Shown here: positions 39,331 to 51,922 of the stretch, piece by piece
How the letters are laid out: the number at the start of each line of letters is the position of its first letter
Position numbering within the stretch: the stretch's first letter is position 1
Source: Dipteris shenzhenensis
Taxonomy: Eukaryota
Strand: one strand, 5' to 3'
Assembly (NCBI GenBank): GCA_047967505.1
Contig: CM106538.1
Length of the DNA: 64,000 bases
Program-made: the position numbers and the translations under genes
The notes under the pieces: model-generated
The model's database searches: none
What the model was told of the DNA's origin: nothing
What the model saw: only the letters and a program-made list of their open reading frames with translations

Positions 39331-41399
39331 GATAGCTAAGAAACAATACTCAAGATTGAAGTGTGAGTGCTAAGAGGGCGTGAGTGCACTTCCTGTCAAA
39401 ATCTCCACAATTTTAAAGTATAAGGAACAATGAACATTCAAATGATGTTTACGACAGGCAGCCTTAAGGGATGTTTAGGTTCCTTGAGCCCTAGTTCACA
39501 GCCACATGAAACTAGTGTAGCCTTTGGTTTTGGATTGATCTAAGGGCTAAAAGCTTTCCTTAAAAAAGAAATGCTCCCTAACATGGTCATGCCTTCTTGC
39601 TTTTAAAGATTACGTGTCTTTGTCTTCTTCTCTTGTGCATAGGAGAGTGTGAAAAAGCATGGACATGCTACTTGTGAGTTGCGGATCGAATCCTCCATAT
39701 TTTCATTTTGTTTGCTTCTAGTATATATGTTTTTGTTCTCTCTTAGAATTGTTCATACATAGTCAAGAAAGAATAGAGACTTAAAGGAATGATTGAATTT
39801 GATGAAGAGTGATAGATTATATTAAAGTATCATAAAAAAGAGAACAATATATGATAGGCTATAGGATTATCAATAACCATAAACATGTGTATTGATAGGG
39901 ATATGACTATGAATTATACTACTTGGTTACGATTTCAGAAATCAACAAGTATCATTGAGTGGAATTTCAGTTTGAGATTATAAGTTCATTGAAATCCTTC
40001 TTCTAATGATTTATTGATTTTTCATCACATAAATATTGAAAGATTGAATAATACTGGTGATTAATTCCAAGGTTACTTATACTTGAAATACTTCATTATT
40101 ATTAATATTGTGAATTTAGGGAAAGGATACTTGATCGAGTGATGGAATTTAACAAGCATGATTTGTTGTATTTTGGATGTGTAGATGCAAGCTCCAATGA
40201 ATACTTTGTGGGGATGCATAACTAAACCGTGTTTTGCCATGATAGATGGTGATGGAATTAATGACAAGGATTGGAGTTAGTGCGGGATTATCGATTCAAA
40301 TGCCGCACGATGCATGTTATATGGCTATGGGCCAATGTTGTAAAAATCACAAATACGAAGCCATGTGCTATTATTTTTGGATGAAGGAATATTAAGCCTT
40401 ATGATATTTTGAGCTTGTGGAGCTATATTAAGCTATCTCTCTAATTGTAAAAAAGGTATGCTCGTTACTTTCACATGTATTATTATTGGCTCTTTGCTTT
40501 TTGGAATTATAATTATAAATACTCTAGTGGGAAGCAAGAGCCACCATCTAGAGGGGGCAGATTTGACCCTATGCGGTGTCACTCTCTTCTCTCTTCCTGA
40601 CTCCCTTCTCTCTCCTTTCCTTATTCCTTTTCCTTTGTTCATGTTTTCTTATTTTGTTGATCATGTGTTTGTGGTTTCATGAATTCATAGAGGTATAACT
40701 AATCCCCTTTCCCATTTCAGTGATATCAAAGCTTGGCTATGCTCTAGCTTGACTGCGAGAAGCAAGCGACATGATTTTTGCCAATATGATAACACAATTG
40801 TTCATAGAACATTCTTTCTGATCATTTCGACTACTTGATCACTAAGTTTTGAGTTCATATGAAAAAGTTATCAAATGTGTGTCAAAAATGTTTGAATTAT
40901 GATTGACCAAAAGGTCTCACGTGGGCTTGTTCAAAGGGTATGCGCCGATTATTTTGACTGGTGGGGTAACTATATTCTGATTTCACATAAGAAAGTTATG
41001 GTTATTGCTTTTTGGTACCTGCTGTCAACAAACGGGTTGAAGAGTCTTTGGATAGGAAAATGAATAGCCATAATTAGAGAGGACTTGAGGATGGAAAAGG
41101 TTGATATTTTTTATAGAATAAATAATATTTGAGGCAAAGTAGCATCGTGTGATTTCAAGCATGGAAGAAGTACAAAAGTTTCATCAAGAATGCCACTCTC
41201 TCTTTTTCTCTCTTATTTCCTTGTTCTTGGTTTCTATAGTCTTGGTAAATCATGAATTTGTCAGCTTGCCTAATTCCAAGATCAAGGCTATTTAATTTGT
41301 AAGTAATAGAGTGGATGGAGAATACTATTTTAAATCAGGAAACTTGTGAAGTGGATTTGAAAAGTATTCTCATTGAAAGGAAAGACCGCAACTGTTGAA

Positions 41400-44300
41400 T
41401 CTATCCTTTGTAAAGAGTTATAGAGCACTAGTTGTCATAACACAAAATTCAATGAAATAAAAGGTGTAATATGCCATACCCTTCTCAAGCTCATTTCTTA
41501 GATGTCATGTGAATCAAATGGAGCATGGCAATCCGGGCAATTAGGGATGCATGGGTTGATCCATTAGTAGCAAAACCAAAGAGCCTAAATTTATAGAGTT
41601 CCTTGACTTTAAGGCTAGTCCATCCACATAAATAGAAAAGCCACCCCAATATCGGGCTACTTGGCCATTATGGTGATATTTTAGCAAACAAGCGCTCCTA
41701 AAAATTCTATCGTGGCATGATAATTGATGCAATTGGTGAGATACTATATACTAATCCACTTAAACATGTTGTGATCCCACAAGAAAGACTAGGTACACAT
41801 CCCTTGCTCATTTGGCCTATGAGATAACCTAGGGGGCAACTTGATTCACAAAAGGGTAGTTGTTTATCCAGATGTTTAGACCATGGGAGCCTTAATGTAC
41901 CTTGCTAGATGCTATCACCAATATCATGTCTCCAAATTGGAATTAGTTGTTGTGATAATAAGCCAAAATGTTGTATCTTTAACAAGAAACTAAGAAAAAC
42001 GAATTTGTAGTGAACATTCCCTCAAGCAATACTCCCTTGCGCTCTATGAGATATCTAGAGATTATTGCTCATGACTTAGGGGTGTATGTTTTAATAATCC
42101 ACTTATAATACAAGTTTTCACATTTCATCTTGACAGATTCAAGTTTGAGTCCTCCCTAATCATTAGGCATTGTTAGCCCCAAATCCCAAGAGAACAAAAG
42201 ACACTATGCTTTCGAAAGAAAGTCTCGAGCCAATCTATCCACAGAGGTGAAGCAATTCTGGAAGAAAGGGAAAATGCTAGAAACATTTACACTATCATAG
42301 AGGACAAATTATGCTTTAATACACTAACTCTACCCACCAAAGATAGCATTTTTTCTTTTTCGTTTATGAAACTTAGTCTCTATCTCCTGCATACATCATT
42401 ACATTCATTGCTTCATAGTAATACCAATCCCTAGTGGGAAACCAAGGAATTTGTAGATTGTTTCCATTGGGATCTGGTGGAAGCCATACGTTAAAATTGA
42501 CTTAGAAATGCTGTCCCACCCCAAATGAAGAATTGTAGTTTTATTTTTGTTAATGTGGACATCTAAAAGTGCACTCAAAGTGAGGAAAACTCTAAAAATT
42601 CATATGAACTCATGCACATTGTCAAGATTTGCAAAGTCTAATAAACTAGAGTTATCATCCACAAAACATTGAGATGCAAATTGTGAATCATGAGGTAGTT
42701 TTGGATGTCATAATGAGGACACTGACAAAGGATAATCTATTTGTCAAAGAAGTGGCCATGTGACCAATGCAAAACTTAGAAGTGGTGCAAGTGAGCAACC
42801 TTGGCCCAAACTGATCACCACAATAAGAATTGATTGTAGAGAAATAGTTCTTGATGGAAATGATAGCAGATTAATTAGTGAAAATATTAGCTATCATCAT
42901 ACAAAATCCATCAACAAACCCTAACTTGGTTGAAAGGTGTACAGGTGTGGATTGCAGAGGAACTCACAAAAAATCAAATGAAGAATAAAAGCTCAAAAAT
43001 AGCAAAGGTGAAGTTGGCGAGAAATGAAGGCAAATGGGCTGTCTACATAGACAGCAAGGTATTGGTTAAGGATTTTAAAGATAAAATGCCAGACCCTCAT
43101 GTATGATATCATTCGTTTTCTTCCTTTTTCTTGTATACTGGTTGAACCTATTAGGCAACATAGTTCATGCCACATGTCCATACTGGGTACATGGGTTCCC
43201 AAGCCCTAGTCCATAGCCATGCAAAGGGCCTCTCTCTCTCCTCCCAAGAGGGATGTGTGAGAGAGGGGAAATGAGGCCTTTATATTAAGGCCCCTAAGAT
43301 AGAGAATTTATGTATAGGATTACTCCCATGTCCATTATTCCATGCATTAATTGTGCGGAGTGATGGTCACCACCTTCAACACCCCTTGTGGACAAACCTT
43401 GAGTAAACGAAATCGATGATCTTGATCGAAACAAACCAAGGTGACATGGTATAGGAGCCGATAAGCCAAAGTTTCTACAAAGTCCACGTCAAACACAAAG
43501 ATTGCCTGCCTCAAATTCCATGGGTAGCAGCATTTCTACCAAAGCCCAAGGGGGCTGACACATGCATGTACTTAGGAATAGTTGCCATAATAAAGTTGCA
43601 CTGAATGTGTGCTACTAGAGACTGTGACACCTCTACACCACAAAAAATACATTGCCACGAATAAGTCTGTAGACCACCAAACACCAGACCATAGTAGAAG
43701 CCAAGGACAACTACCAAATGTAAGCCAGGAGATAGTCACCACCAACACAGTTGCCATCGAAATAGAATGGCTCTAATACCATGTTTGGCACATATCGGAC
43801 AACATGTCCACATTGGGTATGGGGGTCCCTAGACCTACCACCCCTAGCCCTACCACCTAGCCATGCAAAGAGCCTCTCTCTCCTCCTAAAAAGTCCCAGG
43901 AGGGATGTGAGATTCAGGGGAAAATTGAGCCTTTCTATCTAAAGCCCCCAAGAAAGCACCTTTATATATGGGATTACTCCCGTTTTCATTGTGCCATGTG
44001 TTAAGTACATGGTGCCCTGCTCATAAAATCATGCTCAAGCGAGGGGTGAAAGCCACCACCTCCAACACATCCAAGTCTAGTTGGAACTTGACATGGTTAT
44101 TTCATGTCTTTTAAGACATTATGCAATTCCCCCCTCCCCCATAAGAACATATTCAATATTGCCTCATGTATATTATGGCCTTGTATTCACGAGACCATAT
44201 GATGTGAGTGAGGAGAGCATTCAAGAATAAATTTGATGTGGTTTGCCATTGTTTTTTCCAATATTTTATATGGGTCATTGAGCATCGTCAATGGTTACCA

Positions 44301-45000
44301 AGCCCCTGAAAGCAAATGGTTTAGTGATTTGTGAATGAGTTCAATAACACCCTGATTCATTGAATAAGGTAAGAGACCATGCATAGCATAATGATTAAAG
44401 AGCACAATTAAATCCCACTTAGATACACCCTAGAAATACTAGTAGAAGTCATTAGGAAATCCATCTAGCCTAGGAGCCTTTTTTATGGATATTGAATAAA
44501 TAACAAAGAATAATCCATTCTCAAAGAATGGGCATTGCAATTGCAAGGCTTCATCTACAAGAAAGATAGTCAATATAGGTTCTAGAAATTGCTCTAGTCT
44601 AATATCATAGTCAACATCCTGAGGGGGTCATGTCCGATAACCAAAGAAAAATGCTCGAGCATAACATCAACAGTGGCATCATCTCTCATTACTTTTGACC
44701 CTCTCCGTCTTGATTCATTCTCTTTTTCTTGATATGATTTAAAAAAATTTGCAAAGGTCGATCACCACTATCGAGCCATATTAGTCATGATTGGATCCAA
44801 GCACCAAAGGCCCTTAGCACATGTGAGGAAATAGGATGGGAATGGCGCTAACATTTTGAGAGAACTAGGGATGGGTTGAGTGGGAGAGGATCCCAAGTTC
44901 TTGAGGACATGGTCCAAGATGGGAGAAAAAATGGCTATTCCCATCATAAACCTAGCCTAGGCCACTTTGTCTAGGATGAGAGTAATCATGAGAAATAGAT
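41400..45000 (-). mobile_element. Decayed LINE (L1-type) ORF2, interrupted at ~42945-44070
   Basis: The minus strand reads QGCSLAPLL (~42780-42805), SQCFVDD (~42655-42680) and YKFLGFPLG (~42430-42460). RT N-terminal remnants lie at 44080-44780. Confidence 0.7.
43149..44067 (-). mobile_element. TRIM-like non-autonomous LTR retroelement
   Basis: Diverged direct repeats at 43149-43381 and 43782-44067, both ending CACCACCT(T/C)CAACA. PBS TGGTATTAGAGCC (43769-43781, minus), short PPT at 43382-43388 and a ~390-bp non-coding core. Confidence 0.8.
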
Positions 45001-45069
45001 TCCCATCCTTAGAAACCCATGTTGATAGGGAACAAAATGGCTTCATCAAGGGAGATACATTTTTAAAAA

Positions 45070-46980
45070 TGCCCTCAAATGTGTCTACACTTTTGGAACA
45101 TGCTTGTGGTGTGGTGCAGAGAAGTGTTGGACTTTGGGTTTGATCTTGGTAGATCTCTTAGATTGATTGTAATGGGATTTCATTTGTGTAGTCTTGGATT
45201 GTTTGGGATTACGAGGGGAATTCATCTATATAGTAAGTATGCTTTTTGTAATGTTGCAATTGTCATGTGTTTGAACGAGGGAGTGGCGGGGAGATTTGAT
45301 CTTTGATGAGATTAGTAAAGCAAGGCTACCCATTAGCACCTCTATTGTTTGATTTGGGAATGGTTCCTAAGTGAATTTGATCCGTATAATCAAGAGGGGT
45401 GTAGAAGAGGGGAAAATCCAAGGGGTGACCTTACCATTTAGTACCCAATTATGTGTGTCCACACTCCAAAGGTGCTTGCAAATGACATAATTGCCATGTT
45501 TGTTGATGAGCTTAATAACATCTATAATGTGCAAGGTTTGCTCCTCTCCTATTGTGAAGCATGGGGTTCAGTTTGTAGCAAGTGAAGAACTTTTGTGATT
45601 AGGAAATATTCAAGAAGGATGCCTAGTTGGGTTGGAAAACTGCCCAAGGATTTAATATTTACAAAATCACTAGGACTTGAAGCATTAATATTTACAAAAT
45701 CACGTTAATGAGAGTAAACGTATGAGATTTAGGAAGTCAATTGCACGAAGCCAGTAAGATAATAGAATAGTATGTATATAGCAAGCTGCATGTTAAGAGG
45801 GTTAGAAGGGGTGAGATGGTTTGGTATTTGGAAGGCTCCCTCAGGGTGGGGAGTGTCATGCTAAGAAAACACTAAGTGGTTCAAGGATAAGCTTAAATCA
45901 ATGCTTCAAGGATGAAACACAACGTACTTGGGGTGGAATGCAAGAATGTTGATAATCAACCATCTACTCCTAGAAGCTTAGGGCTTGTAATTATGGGCTC
46001 CTAAATGCTTCATAGTTGACCAAGTGGCTCCTAAGCTGTTTGCCTGCTAGGCCCATGGGTAGTTATACAATATTGAAGCTAGAAGAAGCAATAAGTAGAT
46101 ATAAGGAGGGTCATGGACTAGTGTAATAGGATCTATTCCTAGTTCCCATTGAAAGTGGTTGGTTTAGACCTAGTTGTAGGCTTGATAGATGCCTAGAAGT
46201 TCTCTAGGTTCGTCTTGCATTGGAAACAAAGTGCTAGCTTTTCTAGGGTTTCCATCTTGGGTGAAAACCTATGGTGGATTCAAGTGGTGACTTAGGGTGG
46301 TGGGAAATCCATGGCTTATCTAGACTTGCCTGATTCTCAAAATTTTAGGCTAATCATTTTAATGCCTTAGGCACAATTGTGGGATCATCACCAAGAACAT
46401 TGGAAAGCAATATAGGATGTGTCGTTGGTGGTGCAAATTAATGCTCATGAGGAGGAATTGGTGTATGAGGAGCTACAACTTATTCCAGTAGATAGCCAAT
46501 TATGTAATCTCAACAAAATGGCATGTCAACCAATGGTCCTTGGGATCTAGGGTCCTAAGAAAAGATAGGGCTAAGTTTTCTTAAATGAAAATTTATAGTT
46601 TCCTTGAATTCCAAGTGGAATCTACTTAGAGGTAGGAAATGGTGGGAATCCAAGTTTATGAGAATTTGGAAGCAATGCTACATAGGGAAAGCCAAATAGA
46701 AGAAGTGGAAAGTTTTACTATGCAACTACTAGTCCAAGGAAAGATAGCTAAGTTTTTTATGTGTATTTGTATGTCCTGTATGTCAAAATATGAGTGAGGA
46801 TGTTCAACCCTTGTTCTATGGCTATTCAATAACATGGGTCATGGTATAGAAGTGAGTGCAGGAGTTGATAAAGAAATCAAGCTTGATGATGTCCTTTGCA
46901 TTGTAAGATTTTATCAAGGATGTGGTGCGATTCACCTCTGCTATTGTAGGTTTAAGGTAATTCATTGGTTCCAATAGTTT
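45070..46980 (+). mobile_element. Second decayed LINE ORF2 (RT to zf-RVT), opposite orientation
   Basis: QG.PLAPLLF-like sequence at ~45320-45350 and CPVCQNMSEDVQPLF at ~46770-46820. Confidence 0.65.
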
Positions 46981-48269
46981 ATTGTCCATCTAGTAGTTTC
47001 ACAATCACCTCAGGGGGCCCACTAAACAATATGTAAGATAGCACATGCAATCAATGGAAGGGGTATTAGTTTCTTATGGAGCTACATAAATATACATACA
47101 TAAAGGGGGTTTTAATTCCAAAAGCAAAAATTTCCATATGTAAGGGATACTTTTATAGTCTCAAAATTTATAACGAGGGTGTATATTGGTTATAAAAAAT
47201 TGTAGGATCACATGTGCTATATATATTTTTTACATAATAAACCATTCAGGACAATGAATTAGTTTCTGAGGGTCACCCCATTTATGATCAAAGCTCATAT
47301 ATAATTTTGAGTGTATTGTGTTCTTTATTTAGTATATGACTATGGTTGTCAAGTCCTTTGACAAGTGGATTAGCCTACTTCTCTATGAGGTAGGGTACTC
47401 AATACCTTGTTGGCCAGCATGACCCCAAGCATTTGGCCCAATTTTGTATTATGTGTCTTTTCCTTTGCGACTAACCCACTCTTAATAATATAAGCTGATA
47501 ATTTTTTTCAAAAAAGAAAAAGCTAAAGGCATTGATATTAAAGATGTATCTAGCCATTAGGCATAGTTTTTAAATTAATTAACAAAGAAATAATCATAGA
47601 TTGTCATTTTATTTTACATCCCTCCAAAAGATTATTACTTTGTCCAATTACTTTTACATGTAGTCTTGGTCTTAGATTAAAAAATTTTAAAGTATAGATT
47701 GAAGCATGCAAATGGGGATGAAAGACTTAGCAAACATAAACTGATCGCTGTGAAACCTGTTCTCAATCCTATCTGACTAAATTACTGTGTTGAACTTATA
47801 CATTTGTGAGAACCTTGTAATCATGTGTGATGCTTTTTTATGTTCCTTATGTTTTTTAGAAATAGTATTATGACTCTACCTTAAGCTTAAGAGAGGTACA
47901 ATTCTCAAAAACATTATCTAGATCAAGTTGTGAACCTTTTGCCAAAACATCAAAAGGACACTTATATGTCCCATTAAGCTACCAAACTAGTGTTAAGGTT
48001 GAACATATTGCAAGAGGCTACAAGAGTAGTAAAGGAAAAAAGAAACATATATTAACAGAACCATATCATGTGTTCATTTCTTCTTAGAAAATAGCTACAT
48101 ATCAAAATGGTGAGTAATTTTGTGATGCAGATTACAAAAAATCAATGAGATAGAAGGGCCTAGCATGCATGCATGCCTCTTTGAGTGTTGTTATACAATG
48201 CAAGTGTGGAAAGCGGTAGGAAAAAGCTTGAAGGGCTCACAGATATTCATAAATATAGATTGGAAGTTA

Positions 48270-50105
48270 GCTTTACTAGTGTTGGCATATGTAGTGCAAG
48301 CCGACCTTGACATCCATCAAATGGATGTCAAGACTACTTTCCTCCATGGAGAAATCTCTGAAGAGGTCCAACCTCTTGGATAAGAAGATTCCCTTCATCC
48401 TCATCAAGTCTGTCGATTGCATAAATCCCTCTATGGACTTAAACAAGCCTCTCATGCTTAGTTTGAGAAAATAAAGTTCTTTCTTCAACGAATGGGTTTC
48501 AATCCCCCAAGTACCGATTCAAGTATTCTTCAACATATCAAGGATTAGTTGCAATCACAATTTGATATGGTGGACTTAGGAGAGTTGGGATACTGATTAG
48601 GAATGGAAGTTTATAGAAACCGATCAATCAACAAGTATTCTTCTGTAAGAAAATAGTACGCAGCGGAAGATAACAACAAAACGCAAGTACACGATGGAAA
48701 GCTGGAGAGAATACAAAAAATTCTGATATACCAAACTGCTGATACAACTGATGGTTGGCTGTCCACCCGTGCGCTCTACAGACAGAGCTTCGATGGTGAT
48801 CTAGACAGATGCTGGACGGAGGACTATGAGCGTGAAGAACTGGTGATCTGATGATAGGGGGTGGCCACTTATATAGTGTAAGTGGTTGACGGTCGGCCCT
48901 GTAATAGGCAGTCGGCCTAATAGACAGTCGGCCTGGAAGACCAACCGACCCTTCAGAAAACATGCCGTCGGGCAGATGAAGGATCGCGCATAGGTCATAC
49001 CGTCGGGCCTGGGGCTACCGGCAGCCCCCGGACCCTGCCGCTGGGGGCTTTGCCCCCAGACCCCCACCGGGGGCCTGCGCCCCCCGGACCCCCTGCTATC
49101 GGGGGGGCTATCGCCCCCCCGAACCCCCCCTTTGTGCAGACGGGTATCTACTCTTGGCTCCTAAGCCGTCTCATAACCATCTGGTCTACTCTAAGACCCC
49201 TTCCAGTGTCTAAACTGGGGATCCCTCCCAATATCTGATACCCATCATGGCTTCTCCTCATATGGGGGCCTTACAACATTGGGTACACAGAATATTGGTG
49301 GGTTACATGAGAGGTGGACATTTGAGCTAACTCTAACATCTTCAACATGTCAAGGATTAGTTGCAATCACAATTTGATATGGTGGACTTAGGAGAGTTGG
49401 GATACTGATTAGGAATGGAAGTTTATAGAAACCGAGCTACCGTCCTTATTCACTTACATCAACAAAAGTATGTTCATGATCTCCTTGGCCGCTTTTGACT
49501 ACTACAAGATTGTAACGCAGTGGCTATTCCAATGGAACCTAATGTTGTCTCCATTTTGAATGGTATCAAGACTCATCTAGAAGTGACTTCTCTTCCTTAT
49601 CATAGATTGGTTGGTAGCCCTCTACACCATAGTATGTTGGAAACACACATTGCATTCTCTGTGATTATAATGTCTCAACATAGTTTGAAGCCTACACCAC
49701 AGCATTGGTAGATTCTCAAGCACATCCTCCGATATCTCCAAGGTACTCCCACTCACATTCTAACATTTTAGTGACAATTTGATCATGATCTTGAGCTTGA
49801 AGCATTCTCAGATGCCAATTGGGGATCTAATCAGCCCATTGGGCAATCCGTCAATGGATGTTGTTTTCTAATCAATGGCACTGTCATCATCAATTGGTTT
49901 AGTAAACCATAGTGCATTGTTGCTCTCTCATCTACTGAGGCTAAGTACATGGCCCCTTCTCTAGCACATCTTGTGAAGTGTGGCTTTGTCGACTGCTCTT
50001 TGACCTAGGGATTCTATCTCCATCCATGCCTACTAATCTTTGGTGTGATAATCAAAGTGCCATTGCACTAACCAAAAATCACATGCTTCACCCTCAAACA
50101 AAACA
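48270..50105 (+). mobile_element. Decayed Ty1/copia RT-RNaseH fragment
   Basis: DIHQMDVKTTFLHGEISEEV, LYGLKQA, FDMVDLGEL, FSDANWG, VALSSTEA, WCDNQSAIAL. Confidence 0.93.
48644..49275. mobile_element. Solo-LTR-like insertion (632 bp) with a GC-rich hairpin island
   Basis: Termini TGTAAG..CTTACA. CpG-rich relative to the flanks. GGGGGC..GCCCCC stems at ~49005-49130. Confidence 0.7.
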
Positions 50106-50109
50106 CTCT

Positions 50110-51058
50110 TGGTACAATGCACTTGTTGCTTGCTCCTAGGTGAGATCCTTGTTTGTCATTAAGGAACTTTGAAAATTGTGCCAGGTGCTGGGCAAGGATT
50201 GAAACAACTTCAGCTTTGGTTGCTCCACTAGTGTCTTGTAAGCTTCACTTGCACATGCAAGTTGATTGAATAGTTCTTTCATGGATCTGACATGTGCCTT
50301 CAGATCCTTGCCATTTGAATATTAAAGGTTTTCTAGCTTATGGAAAATATGTAGTATCTTCATTTCAGAACGCTTCTCATACTTTTGTATAAGCTAATCC
50401 TAGAGCCCTTTATTGGAATTGCATGGGGCTTCGAGCACTATTTCCCTCTTCAGACTAAGTCCTACAGCTGCCAGAGCTTTATCTTTTTGGACCTGCCAAG
50501 CCTTTCCTTCAGCATCCATCTAAGGCTTCTTCTTAGACCCATCCACCATGGCATAAAAGCTTCCACCCTTCAACTGTAAGGTCATCATTCTTTTCCATGT
50601 AGCAGAACCAGTGCCATCAAACATAAGGACAAGGCACAATGTGGAACTTGATGACGTCGAAGCCAACATGACATGCTCTTCCTAGCTTAACCGCTCTGAT
50701 ACCAATAATGAAAACAAAACTAAGATGCAAATAAGCAAACATACAACAAACAATAATAGGAAATCAAGAGCACATTTCATTCAGTATGCACAAGCCTTCT
50801 TATACATCATCCTCATCGATCATGATCCATCTTCATCCGCAATCCTCACGGAGGCTCATGCACCCTCTTCATGATCTTAAGCATGCTCTCTACCCATTTA
50901 GCCAACTGGAGGTGGTGCATCAAATGTGAGGTGGTGCACCGGATGATTTCTGTGCATGTGCGTGTGCATTACCACATCGGCTTGTGCATGCAAGGTGCCA
51001 CGTAGACTTATTTTCATGGGCATGTTTGCACATGAGTTCCAACAAACTTAAACATAAC
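50110..51058 (-). mobile_element. Truncated Ty1/copia: LTR (~50709-51058), PBS (50693-50704), gag (~50110-50670)
   Basis: PBS TGGTATCAGAGC on the minus strand; gag reads FDGTGSATWKRMMTLQLKG..LFQSLPSTWHNFQSSL. Confidence 0.85.
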
Positions 51059-51090
51059 AAGTGTAGAGGTTGATATCCATAAACACGGCA

Positions 51091-51922
51091 ATGGCTCGCA
51101 AGCAAGCTCTGATTCTAGTCCTTGTGGTGTTGGGGGCGCTCATCAACTATCATGCAGTCGACAAGGTGGAAGCTTAACAAGGAAGATAAGGTAGTTCCCA
51201 TGGATGCTAACACACAAGCTGAGGGAGGCTACGGCAGTTGCAAGAGGTTATTCCTACACGTGTTTGTTTTGTCGTATGCATCAGGATGCCATTGCCAAAA
51301 AGGCAACCGAAAATTGTTTTGCATGTATGTGCAAAAGTTCTTGAAACATGGTGATCAAACCCTAGATGCCACCATTGTGAGGCTGTGGCACTGCTCCATA
51401 CATGACCTTGTGCATGTGTGTGCACATTAATCTACATATGTGTAGAGAGGTGCACACCTCCACCTCTGATGCCAAAAATCTAGCACCGACTAGTAAGGCC
51501 CCACTGTGAGTGCATAAGACAAAAGGAAGTGACCTAGAAATAACGTTGGGCCACTATGGGGGCTTGGAGGTGGTTATGGAGGTCATGGAGCTAGATCTCG
51601 TACCCAAGACAAGGAAGGGTATGGGAGCTATGGTGGATGTGGAGGCTATGGTGGCTATGGTAGACACAGAGGTGTTGGAGCTACCTCTCACACTCAAGAA
51701 GAGGAAGGCTATGGTCATTATGGTGGACATGGTAGTGGAGGCTATAGTGGTCGTAGTGGGTATGGTGGACATGGAGTGGGTATGGGCATGGAGGACATGG
51801 AGCTACATGTGAAATTGAAGCTGAGAAGGCTATGGAGGCTACTAGTGGGCTTGGGGATGGCTATGGTGGTGGACATGGGGGGGGGCTATGGTGGGCACGG
51901 TGGGGCAAGTGTTGAGAGGTAA
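51091..51922 (+). pseudogene. Secreted glycine-rich protein (GGYGGHG repeats) pseudogene
   Basis: Signal peptide MARKQALILVLVVLGALINY; ..EGGYG at ~51220; repeated GGCTATGGTGG/GGACATGG units at 51550-51920. Contains frameshifts and stops. Confidence 0.75.

Noticed and set aside
40380-40735. LTR with PBS-like TGATATCAAAGC (~40721)
   Set aside because: The PBS has two mismatches, and no partner LTR or downstream gag was recognised.
49005-49130. Structured ncRNA or terminator in the GC-rich hairpins
   Set aside because: It lies inside an LTR-like insertion, and no tRNA, 5S or other RNA-gene signature is recognisable.
51510-51812. Val/Met-rich 100-aa ORF
   Set aside because: Off-frame reading of the glycine-rich protein repeats.
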